From assembly GCF_009914755.1 (NCBI RefSeq), contig NC_060938.1: a DNA stretch of 64,000 bases. The stretch is one strand, 5' to 3'. Shown here one piece after another: positions 1 through 14,720 of the stretch (position 1 is its first letter; each line of letters starts with the position of its first letter). The notes below the pieces were generated by a model. It was not told the DNA's origin. It made no database searches and saw nothing but the letters and a program-made list of their open reading frames with translations. This stretch comes from the human T2T-CHM13v2.0 reference genome, Homo sapiens. The translations under genes were made by a program, and so were the position numbers.

Positions 1-1260
1 TTGGTTTATTTCACTTAGCATAATGTCCTCAAGGTTTATCTTTTTGATCATCTATGGCAAGATTTCCTTCTTTCTATAGATGAATTATATATCGTTGTTC
101 GTATTTAGCAGATTTTCTTTTTCCACTTATCCATTCATGGGCATTTAAGTTGTTTCCACATCTTGGCTACGGTGAATAATACTAAAATGATCATGGAAAT
201 ATAAACATCTGATATTTTGAGTTCGATTCTTTTGGATAAATACCCAGGAGTGGGATTGTTAGATCATATAGTGGTTCTATATTTTAATTTTTTGAAGAAA
301 CTCCGTCCTGTTTTCCATAGCAGCTATATCATTTTTACATTCCCACCAACAATATATAAGCATTCCAGTTTCTCTATATCCTTGCCAACACTTGTTATAT
401 TTTCATTTTTTGGTAATAGCCATCCTGGCAGTTGACAGGTAATATCTCACTGTGGTTTTGGTTTAAATTTCCCTGATGATTAGTGATGTTGGGCACCTTT
501 GCATATACTTGATGTACCTGTCAGCCATTTGTATGTTTTCTTAGGAGAAATGTTTATTTAAGTCCTTTGCCCATTTTTAAATTTGGTTATTTGTGGGTTT
601 TTGCTATTGAATTGATAGTTTCTTATCAATTTTGGGTATTAACCCCATATCTGATTTATAGTTTATACATATTTTTTCTTATTATATAGGTTGCTTTTTC
701 ATTCTGTTAATTGTTTCGTTGGTCCTACAGAAGTTTTTTAGTTTGATGTAGTCCCACTATTCTCTGTTTTTTTTGGTCCCCTCACTATCTAGTTTTGGTT
801 TTGTTGATTTTGCTTTTAGTGTCACATTCAAGAATCATTGTCAAAACCAATGTAAAGAAGATTTTCTCATATGTTTTCTTCTAGTAGTTTTAGTTTCAGG
901 TCTTATGTTTAAGTCTTTAATCCATTTTGTGTTGATTTTTATGTATAATATAGGGGTTTAAGTTCATTATTTTGAATATGGATATCCAGCTTTCCCAATA
1001 CCATTTATTTAAGAGGCTATCCTTTCCCCACTATGTACTACTGAAGCTTTTGTCAACGATTAGTTGACCGTATGTGCATGGGTTTATTTATGGTCTTTCT
1101 ATTCTGTTCCATACATCTGTCTGTATGCCAGGACCATACTGTTTTAATTATTCTAGTTTGTAAAATATTTTGAAATCAGTAAGTGTAATGCCTTTAGCTT
1201 TGTTTTTCTTTCTCAAGATTGCTTTGGTTATTTGGAGTCCTTTGGGGTTCCATCGTTTTT
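1..1260 (-). mobile_element. Old L1 (L1MA/L1MB-type) 3' ORF2/3'UTR fragment
   Basis: Antisense L1 motifs such as 'acattcccaccaaca', 'ctgatgattagtgatgtt' and 'ggatatccagctttccca'; highly diverged. Confidence 0.85.
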
Positions 1261-1539
1261 TCTACTCTTATTTTAAAATGCCACTTTTTAAATAGTTAAT
1301 TCTTAAAGTTCAGAATTGATTGATGTGGTGTAAAGGAGAGATCAAACTAATTTTTGCCCATACAGGTAAATATTAATCCTAATAACATTCATTAAATGTT
1401 TCCTTCTTTCCCCACAGATCTAAATTTGCCTGTCTTTATCATATATAAAATCTCCACGTATGTATGAGGTTATTTTTAGAATCATTATCTTGTGCCATTA
1501 TCATATGTCAGTTTGATGGTCCCTTTGACCAAGTCCCAC

Positions 1540-2250
1540 TGTCTTAATTACCTTACATTACTCCTTACCTCACTCCAGTGTTGCATCTGTCTCTACTACT
1601 CTAACAAATCTGCCTGTATCAAATCCACCAGTAATCTCCATGTTGTAAAATCCAAATGGAACTTTTTTACGTTTTACTTTATTTATCTTTTAGAAGACTG
1701 CAAGGCAGTTTTTCATTTTCTCTCGTGGCTTTTATAAAATCAAACAATTCAGCTTTTCATCTAATATCACCAGCCACTCCTGAGTATCCTTTCTGGCCTT
1801 TTCTCATCTACTTAACATCTAAGTGTACAAGTACCTCAAAGCTCGATCTTAAGCTCTTTTCCTTTTCCTAGCTAGAATGTCATTTTGAGTGATCATAACT
1901 ACCTATTCATGGCCTTATTAATGGCTCCAAATTTATGTGTCTTTCTGAACTCCAGAATTACATTCACGGATATAATAAATATTTATTGAACACATCCCAC
2001 TTACCAAACACTAATCTAGGCAATAATTATTCAGCAGTGAACAAAAGATACAAAACTCCCTGCCCCCATGGACTATTTATTGTACTAGAGGGACAATTAA
2101 CAAAGAATATATAAGTGAACTTCTGTATCATACTTCAGATTTTGATGAGCCTCATGAAGAAAACCAAGGCAGGCAAGGTACATAAGAGTTTTGAGATGAT
2201 GATACTGTAATTTTTAAATAGGATAGAAATCTGACAATTGGACTAGAGAT
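1540..2250. mobile_element. L2 relic fragments
   Basis: L2-like motifs ('aaatccaccagtaatctccatgttg', 'aaatatttattgaaca', 'ccctgcccccatgga'). Confidence 0.55.
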
Positions 2251-2266
2251 CTAAAAAGTCTCAAGT

Positions 2267-2598
2267 GGAGGTCAGCAAACTCTGAAGGCCAAATTGGACT
2301 CATCATCGGTATTTGTACAGCCACTGAGTATATAATGGTTTCTATGTTTTTAAATAGTTATCAAAAATCAAAAGAAAAAATAACATTTAATGGTATGTGA
2401 GAAAAAATGGAATTCAAATTAATACGTCCACAAATAATGTTTTACTGGGACACAACAATGTTCAATTATTTACATACTGTCTATGGCTCCTTTCATGCTT
2501 CTATGGCAAAGTTGAGTAGTGGAGGCAAAGACCATATAACCCATAAAAGCTAAACTGTTTACTATCCGGCCCTTTAGAGAAAAAATTTTCTGATCCCT
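2267..2598 (+). mobile_element. MER58 (hAT-Charlie) non-autonomous DNA transposon
   Basis: 'ggtcagcaaact...ggccaaatt' at the start and 'ccggccctttagagaaaaaattttctgatccct' at the end. Confidence 0.75.
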
Positions 2599-4349
2599 CA
2601 TCTTAACGAATATACTCTACTGCTTGCAAACAAAAAGCTTCACATGATAAAGGTCTTTTTGAATTCAATATAATAAGAAAATAAACAAATCTTTAGACAA
2701 ATGTGTTTATTTCTTTCAGTAGACTAAAGAATTTCACTTTTTAATTCAGCTTCCAAAAGACTCGAAAGCTCAATACAACCAAGCTCAGTAACAACGACAT
2801 TCCAGGTGGCTGGACACCTCTATTGTGTTTAACCATTTACCAACATGTGTATGTGTAAATGTTGATGTACATGGGTTTTACTGTCTTCTTTTTACATTGA
2901 TTTTCATTTTATGAGAAGCCTATAATTTTGTGTGAAAGTCATTACAAATACAAACATAAGGAAGAGTTATATTTGGTGTATTATTTTAAGAGGTCATTCT
3001 TAAAATTGTAATGACCCAACTGCTTTTGTCTCTTATAGGATAAAAAATTATGAGATTAAACAAGTACACATCTAAGTTCATGAGGAAATTCATTGCTCCT
3101 CCATGATGAAAATATTACCCAATTAATGTAATACATAATATTCTTAGGAATACTTTAAGAAAAAATATGTAATATCATAGCCTTTTAAAAAGATTCTTTA
3201 AAAGTTGTAGATGGAAGTGTAAGCTTTAGTCAATTTGAAACTTTACTTCAAATATTGACGGCATAACTGATGCCTTGACACTAACATTCACATTTTTTTT
3301 ATTTAGTAAGTAAAGGTCATAACATTAAGATGTGGGTTTCTCTGCCAGCTCTTCTGATCTCCTATAAAATACCTTAAAAAATAAAGTTACAAGAAACAAA
3401 AATTAGACTGAAGGGGTTTTTGTTTGCTTGCTTGCTTGTTTTGGTTTTTTTTGTTTTACTTTTGCTACGTTTCAATTTTTTATGATTGCCCTCAAAAAAA
3501 ACGAAATAAATGAAATTCTTCCTCTGTACATTTGTAGGATGATTTCATTACAAGAATTTTTTTAAAAAGATAAATTTAATATCAGGAATATTCTAGAATT
3601 CTGCCGAATTTAGATTACAGAACAGGTCTTTTTATTGTATATATGTGTTCTATGTAAATAACAAGCTTGACACCAGGCCTATTATTAATATATTCACTTG
3701 GTGCTTTCTTACAGGAGTACTGTGTGGTTCTTGGCTTGACTAAGATCCCATGATTCTCTGCAATCTATTCATTAAAGTGATAAGTTTTTAAGGGAACTTA
3801 TATGCTTAAGGAATTTCAGAAAATAAAATTTGTATATATTTTTGAAATGTACCTGTACAAATGAAAGCAGGTTTTCCTAAGACCAATACCAGAAAAGTAC
3901 AATAACATTTTTTAAATATTAGAAAAGCCTAGTATTAATCTGATATTCATCCCAAGTCAGGCAACATAAGCTCACTAAAATTCCAAGTTTCATTGTTCCT
4001 GGTTGTCACTATACCAATTCAGTTCAGTAAAATTACATATCCCTTACCAATTAATAAAAACAAAAACAAAAATTACAATCATAGCTATTATTTGGCTTCA
4101 GAGTACTTGCAAAGTAGTAAAGATCACTCTAATTATAACATATTCATAAGGATTCAGAGATTTCAATATATCCCAAAGCACAGTATGTTTAGGGATAGTG
4201 TATTTACTCACTATTCTCAATGCAGGCAAGAGCCATCCTTCTCTATGTTAAGAAAGAAAACCAAAGTTAAAAGGATAAAAGAATCTCCTCTTTCACCTAA
4301 AATACTAACAACTGCATAAGCATTTTAATTTTTATTAGGGAATTGAAAA

Positions 4350-4710
4350 AATATTAATTATTTATGCAATTATTTTTATCTGTCTCCTCTACTAGATTGT
4401 AAGTTTCATGAGGGCAAGGACCATGCCTATCTTGGTCACAGGTGCATCTCCAGTGCCTGATGTACTGCCTGGAACATACGGGGCATGGAGTAGGTGAGTG
4501 ATTTAGGGCAGAGGGCATAAAGTTTGAAGTCAGAATCCTAAAAATCAGAATCAAACTTTGACTCTACCGTTTATTAGGTGTATAATCTTGGATAATTTAT
4601 TTATTTTTCAGAATCTCCTTATTGTTTAAATGGAGACTATAACGCCTGCCACATAGGATGTTTGTGATCATTACAGGAACTCAGGAATATATAACACTAA
4701 GAAGTGCTTA
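4350..4710 (+). mobile_element. L2 3' end followed by MIR
   Basis: 'ctagattgtaagtttcatgagggcaaggacc' (L2), then a MIR core-like segment. Confidence 0.6.
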
Positions 4711-7700
4711 GAGATGGGCACAGTCCCTAAATGTGTGTTCCCTTACCCTCTGACTCTTGGTCTGCACTCTTCCAGGTGGCCCACACCTGAAGGCCAAGTG
4801 TCTCTTTGTGTAACCACAAAATAGTGCCAGGAGGTCAAAGAAAGTAAAAATGTACTTGTTCAGTCCTACTAGACTGTGAGTCCTGCGTGGCAGGAACTGC
4901 CTCATATCCACCACTGTCATTCCAGAGACTGGAACAATGTCTTGAATGTAAGCAGGGGCTTAATGGACATTTACTATTAAATACTGAAATGGGGAAGTAT
5001 ATCTTTCAAGTAAATATCAACACATACATCAATATCTACCTAAATATTTGTGAATTCTTGGTTAAACTTCCGGTCAGGCCTCAGCTTTCAGCATAAAAGA
5101 ATTTTACCTCCTTTTACAATTTTCCATGTTTTCCTCTAAGCATAAAATATTTTATTACATAGTAAATAAGCCATCATTAAATCAAAATTTCTCTAACAGA
5201 AAACTTAAATGATGATGAAGCATTAATCCTTAATAGTAAAAATGATTTGAAGTTTGAGGTTTGGAGTTTTGTTTGCTTCCCTGTTATATGGAAGGACAGC
5301 ACTCAAGTGTATTGAGAATGGCTGAATAAATGAACTACTTCTGATCATACTGTCTTCTATGATTTATCAAATTATATGAATCAGTAAAAACATTGTAAAA
5401 TTATGTGACAGTTGATTTTACTACTTTACCAGGCACTCTGAAACCAAATAATAACTACCAGATTAAACAAGTGAAGTCTCTACGGATGTACTGACATTTC
5501 AAATTGTGTTATTAGACAAGAGGGATCTTAATTGAAACAGTTGGATGTAACACTGGGAGTTGGGCTGGGTTGTTTCTCATTTAACAGTGACTGGTTTTCC
5601 CTAGGCAGGCTGCTTCCCATTAACTTCTCATTTATTATCAAGATGAAGTTTGATACAAGGGTTACAATATTAAACTACTGATTTAAATTATGTCTTCTGA
5701 CTTCTTCCTTGGCACCAAAAATCACTAATATTTCTCACTAACTCTTTCGAAACATGCATTTAATTTTCAACCTTAAAAATCTTGGAAAAGATCATCAAGC
5801 ATATATATTCTGAGACTAAGTCTGATTGGTCATCCAGCCGGAATACAGGAACTAGCCTAGAAGACATGTTAACTAGAACAGGAGACTCCCTACTGCTGGT
5901 GCAGTATTTTATTCATCATATTCCAACTGCACTACCTCTGATTCATACTCACACTGTGGAATCCTTTGGTTTTCATGCTGGTTTCTAGGAGTGGAATCTC
6001 TAACCCTGCATTAGATAATCTAGGTCCAAGGTCTCTAATTGTTTCTCATGAGCCCATCATGCCTCATCTAAGCAACCTGAACTTGTTTTCAGATGGTCTC
6101 TGCTGAATGGTTGAACTCTGAGATTAGGACAATACAATTTCAGTCAAAAGCTAATGGGATTTATCTGGGGTGCGTAGTATGAAGATGAGTGGGAAGGATA
6201 AGGAAAGTTTATTTAGAAGAATAAACACATTGAAAAGAGCCATAATTAAGGTGTGATAAGGAGACACTTGTCTACCAGATACTGATATTCAACAAGCAGC
6301 AGAGTGACTAAGAACATTGCCTTTACAGTGCAGACATAGTACAAAATCCAAGTTTCCCTGTGTGTGATCTAAGCCACGTCATTTAACCTCTTACAGCCCA
6401 GTGTCTGTATCAGTAAATGGGAATAATTATAGTATACATGTGTTGGAAAAAGTAAACATTAAACATGCTAAGATTATTGGCCTTCTGAATTCACAAAGAT
6501 TAAAAGAAAATTAATACCTAGTACTGACAATGTTATTCTGAAAAAAGACATATGTAAATTAATGTTGGTTGTAGCTCATTTGATACTTTAGAAGAAATAA
6601 GCTAGAAAAATAATAAAAACAAAAAAATGTACATAACCTTGGACTTGGCACCCCTTATTCTCAGTGTTTATCTTAATGTACTCATTAGACATCTTAAATA
6701 TTCAATAATATGTGGATGATGTAATACAGACATAGAATAGACTACAAATGTTATTATATTGTATACTTATAACATAAATTGATGTTTACAAAATCATACA
6801 GATAAATGTGGCACAATATACTTCTGTAAGTCGTAGCATTATGAGTGACATCATATTTTCTTTTTCTAGCTCTTTTTTCTAATTTTATGTAACAGTCATG
6901 TATTCAACTAAACAAGCACTTTTGAAAACAAAATGGTTATATAAATATTAACACTTATTCATAATAAATAATATATTCTAACATTTATTTATCCTTGAGA
7001 GAAGTAGTAGTGGGAGTAAAGCTATACCCTGATCTGAATATATTCTGATATTTGCCCTGCAGACTCCCCTGTGCCATCTGTGCTGTCACAATACATATGG
7101 GTTAAGTCTGTGGATAATGCCCTCAAAGGCAGCAGACCCACATATTTATTTAGCATTATTCTAAACAAATATGTGATGATTAGTTCAATCATATTTGGGT
7201 ACCAATATGTCCTGGATCAATTTACGTGTTGTTATTGGTATTAGAGTAATATTTTAAACCATCATGACTATTCAGTGGAAATCATTCTATTATTTACATG
7301 GAACACACAGACCATTTAATATTATTAATTTATTTAATGAGTTATTAGTAGTTAATAGATTAACTAGGTATTTGAATTCCCTCCTTACATTTGTTTTCCA
7401 CCTTCAGACCAGTTATTTGACTGTTAGCACACAGGTAATTTGAATTTTATTATAAAATAGGTGAAAAGTTTCAGCTTCTAACAATCTTTCACATCCAAAT
7501 TCTATTGTTTTTTTCTATTACTTTCCTTGACTCTCATCTTCACAACTTAAATGCAGTCTCTCCTTTTTTAAAATCTGACATGGCTTCCTGTATTGTATTT
7601 CAAGCATCATCACAATATAAAATCATACGTTTATCAGGGTAACTATTGAAGATTTTTCTCCCCCATCAGACTCTGAACAACATAAGAGCAGGGATTATGT

Positions 7701-8029
7701 TTATTTCTATTTATCACTCTATAGCAAGGACCACAAAACCCTCTAATACCATAGTTTCCTTCCATATGAATGCAAATTTTAAAAATGGCTATGTCCATAT
7801 TTTTAAATTCTCCCATTATATAGATCTTTCTTAAATTTATATATGCCATCTCTCAGAGATGTCCCAGTATAAACTAGGGACATAAAGACTTCCTCAAGGA
7901 AGTATAAGGTATAGAGAAATAAGGAAGGTTGCTATTATGAGAAAAGAAGAAAATGCCTCCTGAAGGTCTTAAGAAAGAAGTCAAGAACCATAAAAAGCAA
8001 AGCTGAGAGGAAGCCAACAGGTTGCATAG

Positions 8030-8481
<452 letters not shown>

Positions 8482-10980
8482 TGCAGAATCTCTTTCTTAC
8501 ATAACAATTTTTCCTTTTATTTCAATCTATTCACTATATTTTTCTACAACCTGTTGCTGCCTTCTGCTGTGCCAGACAATGATGCCCATGGTTATTTGGC
8601 ACTACTAGTAAAGGAACTAAAAGTGGATTTTCAGTACTGAATATAAATTATATAAATGAATACAAAATCAAAAGCAATCAGCCTGAGCCAAAAGACAGGC
8701 ATCTTTTAGTCATTATCATTAAAAAAAAATCAAGAAAGAGATGGGAGAGTGAGTGGAGAGGAGAAAGCTACAAAAAGCACTGGATGAGAAATGAAAAATA
8801 ACAAACGCAGTCAAATAATAATAACAACAGAAATCAAAGAAATTGAAACATTGTTTCTTAAAAGTTTAGTTTATAAAATTCAAATCTGCATAATTCTACT
8901 TTTACCTTAAAAACTGAAAAAGTCTCGGAAGCATTATGGTCTCATTTAAAAATAAGTGTATCAATAGCCATTACTGCAGATTTACGGCAGTGGAAGTTTG
9001 AAAACAGATCAATCAAGGCAGCTCAGAATACAATAATAGGTTGGATACAAACACCTACTCATACTATAACACTGTCTGCAGCATGTGGAAGTATTCATGG
9101 TTTAATTTTTCCCCAAAGTCTAACGTATATTTCTGTACAATGTGTATATATATAGAAATATGTCATTCATCCAAATTACTCCACAATTGATGTTCTATTT
9201 TCATCTATGCTTAAATAAAACAGTGCCCACTGAATACCAAGCAAAAACTAAGATTTAAAATGGTGCCAGGCATAACACAGTGCCTGTAGTTTATAACCTG
9301 TAAAGGATGAAATGTATTATAACCGCAATAGACTAAATTATCTGCTACCTCTTATTATTGCCTACCTTGCGCAAGCACCATGTGGGCATTTTTCACCTCC
9401 CAGCCAACTAAGTAAATGTGGCTGGTGGTAACTCCAATACAGATGTGAACACAAAAGCGTGGAACCTGATGCTTATGGTCTAGATGAAGTAGGGTACTGA
9501 GCAAGTTATCCATGGACCTCTGTAAACAATCCTACCTTCTCATTTCTGGACTGTGGCTATCAAACGATTCCTTTGGTCCTTCCTCAGAAGCTAGTATCAG
9601 AGTGATGAGAAAATGAAATATAAATTAGCCCACACTATTACGCTAAATTTCAACGTGATACAAGAAAAGAATGTGCTTAATATTATCCCCAAAGATAGGT
9701 TTGAATCAAATAACACAGCCTAAGATTTGACACATGAAAAGTTTACTAATAATTATATTAGCTGACAATAATGTAAAGCTTGCAATGGAACCCTCTTAAA
9801 CTACGCTAAAAGCCATGAAAACTAATATATATGTTTGAGTGTTCGAAATTACTATTATAAAAAGTATTGCTTAAAGTTTTCATCTGCTTGTAATGTTTTC
9901 AATAAGCCACTGGCTGTTATTTTACTTAACTTGTGATACGTGAAACGAAAAAACTGAGGTTTCAAATAAAGTCTACTTTCTCACATAAAATGTGTAGGTC
10001 AGTCAGAAAAGAAAAATGTCAATAATAATTCTGAATGCTTACTTTGTAATATTTCAGTAGGTAACAACTGAGAAACACATGTAGATGTAACAATAGTTAA
10101 GTTCTCTGATTACGTTTAGGTACTGATGGAAAAATTATAGTTTTCATATATTTGTTGCATAATGCTTTCAAATAATAAGCTGAAGAATAGTTTCTTGCAA
10201 TGATATGCTGGTTTCTTATAATAGTTTCTTAATAGCGTCTCTTGCTCAACAAGCAGGTAACTCAAAGACCACAGGGAAAACTACTACAGTTGTCCCATAC
10301 TGGCCTGGCATAGCCCCTCTATTAGACATTCTGAATCCTAATTTTTTAAGGTAGTATATGTTCTATCACCTTGGAAAAGCCCTTTCATGTCATATGTAAA
10401 ACTACAGTACTTAGCTGTCCTAATAAAAAGTTGTTGGAAAATAATTAGTGAATTATTACAGATTTTTATACTATAATTCTTTTTATATAAAATCCCTTAA
10501 ATACATATATGTAAATTGTAAATGAGATGTAATATATAATAGTACTCCAAATCATTCAGACACAATCATATAATCTTACTGTCAGGACCTGCAAGTTCAT
10601 TTAGTACTATGTTCTACATATGTGCCTAAATCTTTTACTGGCAGACTGTGAATTTCCTCCTGAAACAGATCATTCCATTTTTAAAAATGCCAAATACTTC
10701 AACTTACCTGTCATATCTCTCCCAAGTCTTCTCTCAGCTAAACTAAATATTCATATTTATTTTAACTACCCATCATATAACAAAATTCCAAGAACTTTGT
10801 GCCATCATGCTTATCTCCTGGTAAGTGTGCTGCTTTATAGGATGACATTTCTTTTAAAATATCCAGCAGAAGTTGAACACAATATCCAAACACAATCTAT
10901 GATCTGATTAAAATGGGCTGTACTGGCATGATCATTATCTTTCTTGATTCAAAGGCTAGATTACTTTTAGTGCATCTTAA

Positions 10981-11329
<349 letters not shown>

Positions 11330-13579
11330 CCTACATGGCTTTTAAATACAGCACATTTGTCGGTGGAGTTTTCTTACAAGACTAGTGCCTTTGGTCTTGG
11401 CTTCAACTATGATATATACCATCACGGGAACCTCTTGAAGTATTTTAATATCGAACCAAGAAAATGATGACATGTATGAAAATATAATCCATTTTTCATA
11501 TCTAGTAATACGATGAAATATTTAAACATCATTTCCCAAATTAAAAAAATATACAAAATTAAACTGTCAAAAGGAAATTAACTTGTAAAAAATATATATA
11601 TTGCCTACTGTATTTGAAAGCAGAGTGCTTCTCTGATAGATTCGGTTAAAAGATAATAAAAAATTTTAAAACGTTCAAAATTTCAATTTGTTTAAATTCT
11701 AAAGGCATACTCCTACCTGATTTTTTTGTGTAATTCTGCTGGGACATTTCATATAATAGCATCTTCCTACTGATACCTTATGTTTATTATAAAACATATG
11801 AAACAAAAATGAAGACTAAAGAGCTTTTTCTGATTTTTTTCAAGCTACATGTTAGAGAAAAAAGTAAGATATTGGAAAATACAAAAGGTAAGGTTTTAGA
11901 CCTTTCATTGTATGCAACAAGCTGAAAAAAATCCAGTATGATGGGAAATATGTGGTCTACACATTGTTTTACAGGTCTTACATTTTTTCACATGTTCCAA
12001 AAAGCTGAAAATAAAGTCCCCAGCCATTTACTTCATTTGAATTATTTCCCAGCAAAGTCATTTCAAACTGTGGGGTCGAATTTGTTGAGCTTCAACCATC
12101 ATCCTTTCTATTTTTTCCCATAATCTCCTCTTCCCCTTTTAAATCCTCACTTATTCCACCCATTTCTTCTTCCTTCATGTACACAGAATATTAGCAAGCA
12201 GCAAAGCCCAGATGATGGATTTGGCTATTAAATTTAAAAAAAATCTAAAGCAACCGTACTAATGAGCAGTCAATAACATATTTTCAACTAAATAAAATTG
12301 AACTAGGCACTGTTCTATATTAAAAAATATTGCCTAAAGCAAACTTTCATGATAGAAATGCTGCAATCTCCACATCAGTACAGATTTTAATGCCACAATT
12401 ATATTAGAGAAAGCATTATTCACATAAGTCACATTAAGACAGAATTAAATCACAGTGATTAATTTGCTTGTGGGTTAAAGCTGAATTCAAAAATCTATAA
12501 AACTAAATATGTGGAAATGATAGAAGGAAATCTCAGTCATTGGGGCGAAGGTTTTTTCTCTAATTAGCTTCAATGAATCATTAAATTTCTTTGTACAAGC
12601 AATTGAAAAAATATACAGCTATTTTAAAACTAACCAGAGAAGAGAAGCATTAAAACAAAGACATTTGGCTTCATATATTATATTTCCTTTTAAAGTATAT
12701 ATTCATAGTTAAATTTGATAACCTCTATTTAAAATATTTGAAAAAAATTATCAATAAAATATAAAATAAGAAACATAAAGTAATAAAATGTATTTGGCTT
12801 ATGGAGGAACAGGAAGTCTAACAGAGGTCTCGAACATTAAATACTGGGTGATTGTTAAAATTCAGATACTGTTTATTAAAGCTACATCCAAAAGTACATA
12901 CATAATTCTAAGATGGTGACTGCAATTAAGGAATTTATATTATTACTGTCATCAACCTTTCATTTTATTTTTCCTACACTTGTATTTTAACAGGTTTAAT
13001 CAATTTAACTCATAATCAAAAGTCTATGGCATAGATAGATAATTGATGATTGATATAAACATAAATAGATAGGTAGATACACACACACATACATAGAAAG
13101 TTTTGTTACAAAAGCCATATGTGCTCACTCGCTGCTCTTTTGAGAACAGACTATACAGGGGACAAAGGTGGAAGCACCGGCCAGTTAGTTGGTATTAGAA
13201 AAATCCAGGGAAGACATGATGGTGATGTGGACCAGGTGATAGAAGGTGAATGAAGGTGGTGAGAATCGGAGGTAGAGCCAAAAGGATTCAGCAGAGGTTT
13301 AAATGTGGGAGATTTTGTCTTAAGCAACTGAAAGGTAGTGTTTCCGTTAATTTCAATGGGAAAAAAATGTGTGTAAAACAGGTTTTTAGGAGATGATTGG
13401 AAGTTTGGTTTTGGACAACTTCACTGGACATGAGTAGGCAGTTGGAGGGGAGAGTCTATAGTTCAGGGAATCAAGTTCAAGAGAAGTATGAACACTGGGT
13501 GGTGTTGGTTTAAAGTAATGAGACTGCAGGATATCATGAAAGAATGGAATACAGACAGAAAAGGGACGAGGCACAAGGA

Positions 13580-14330
13580 CTGAACTCTAAAATACCACCA
13601 AATTTAAAATATTATCTTATTCAAATTGCTTTCAAGAAATGTGCTACCAATTTACACACCTCCCAGAATCATACAATAATGCCAGTCACCAACCTTTGCT
13701 AAGATTGGGCATCATCTTTGACCATTTACCATATTAAAAATGTTTCTATGTCTTTTTGTTTGTTTGTTTTTTTAAGTTTTAACTCTTTGTTCCAAGGGAA
13801 AATAAGCCTTTTTTATGCTTATTAGTAATTTGCATTCTGTCTTCCATAAATTACTTATGTCCTCAGATCGTTTTTCTCCCCAAGTATTCTAATTCTTCTT
13901 ATTAATTAATAAATCACTTTACATATTAAGGTAATTAACCTTTCACTTGCAAAATTTGTTGCAAATGCTTTATGTCATTTTCATTTTCATAGTTTTCTAG
14001 TGTGAAAGATTTTACACTTTTTAGCAAAATCTATTTGTCAGTTACCTTGTTATATATTCCATTACTTTAATATGTACAAAGATAAATTAAATATATTCAC
14101 ATATTTTCTTCTAATAGTTTACAGTTTCTTGTTTTTTTGCATTTAATTCTCAGTTTTTCTGATATTTATGTTAGGTCATGAGTGAAGACCCTTATAAATA
14201 TTTTCTTAGATTTTTAGTTCATTTTATAATGATATTAAGTAGTATGTCAATTCCATCTTTACAATTCATTCTTTAACTTATATTCAGTCCTTATTTATAG
14301 TGGAATCTAGTTCTGAGATATCTATTCCCT
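13580..14330 (-). mobile_element. Very old L1M relic
   Basis: Degenerate antisense L1 motifs ('accaatttacacacctccca', 'tttgttgcaaat'). Confidence 0.5.
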
Positions 14331-14343
14331 CTCTTTTCTTTAA

Positions 14344-14720
<377 letters not shown>

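Noticed and set aside
10702-10712. Second CAG|GTAAGT on the minus strand
   Set aside because: No pyrimidine tract upstream, so not a recursive site, and no exon evidence.
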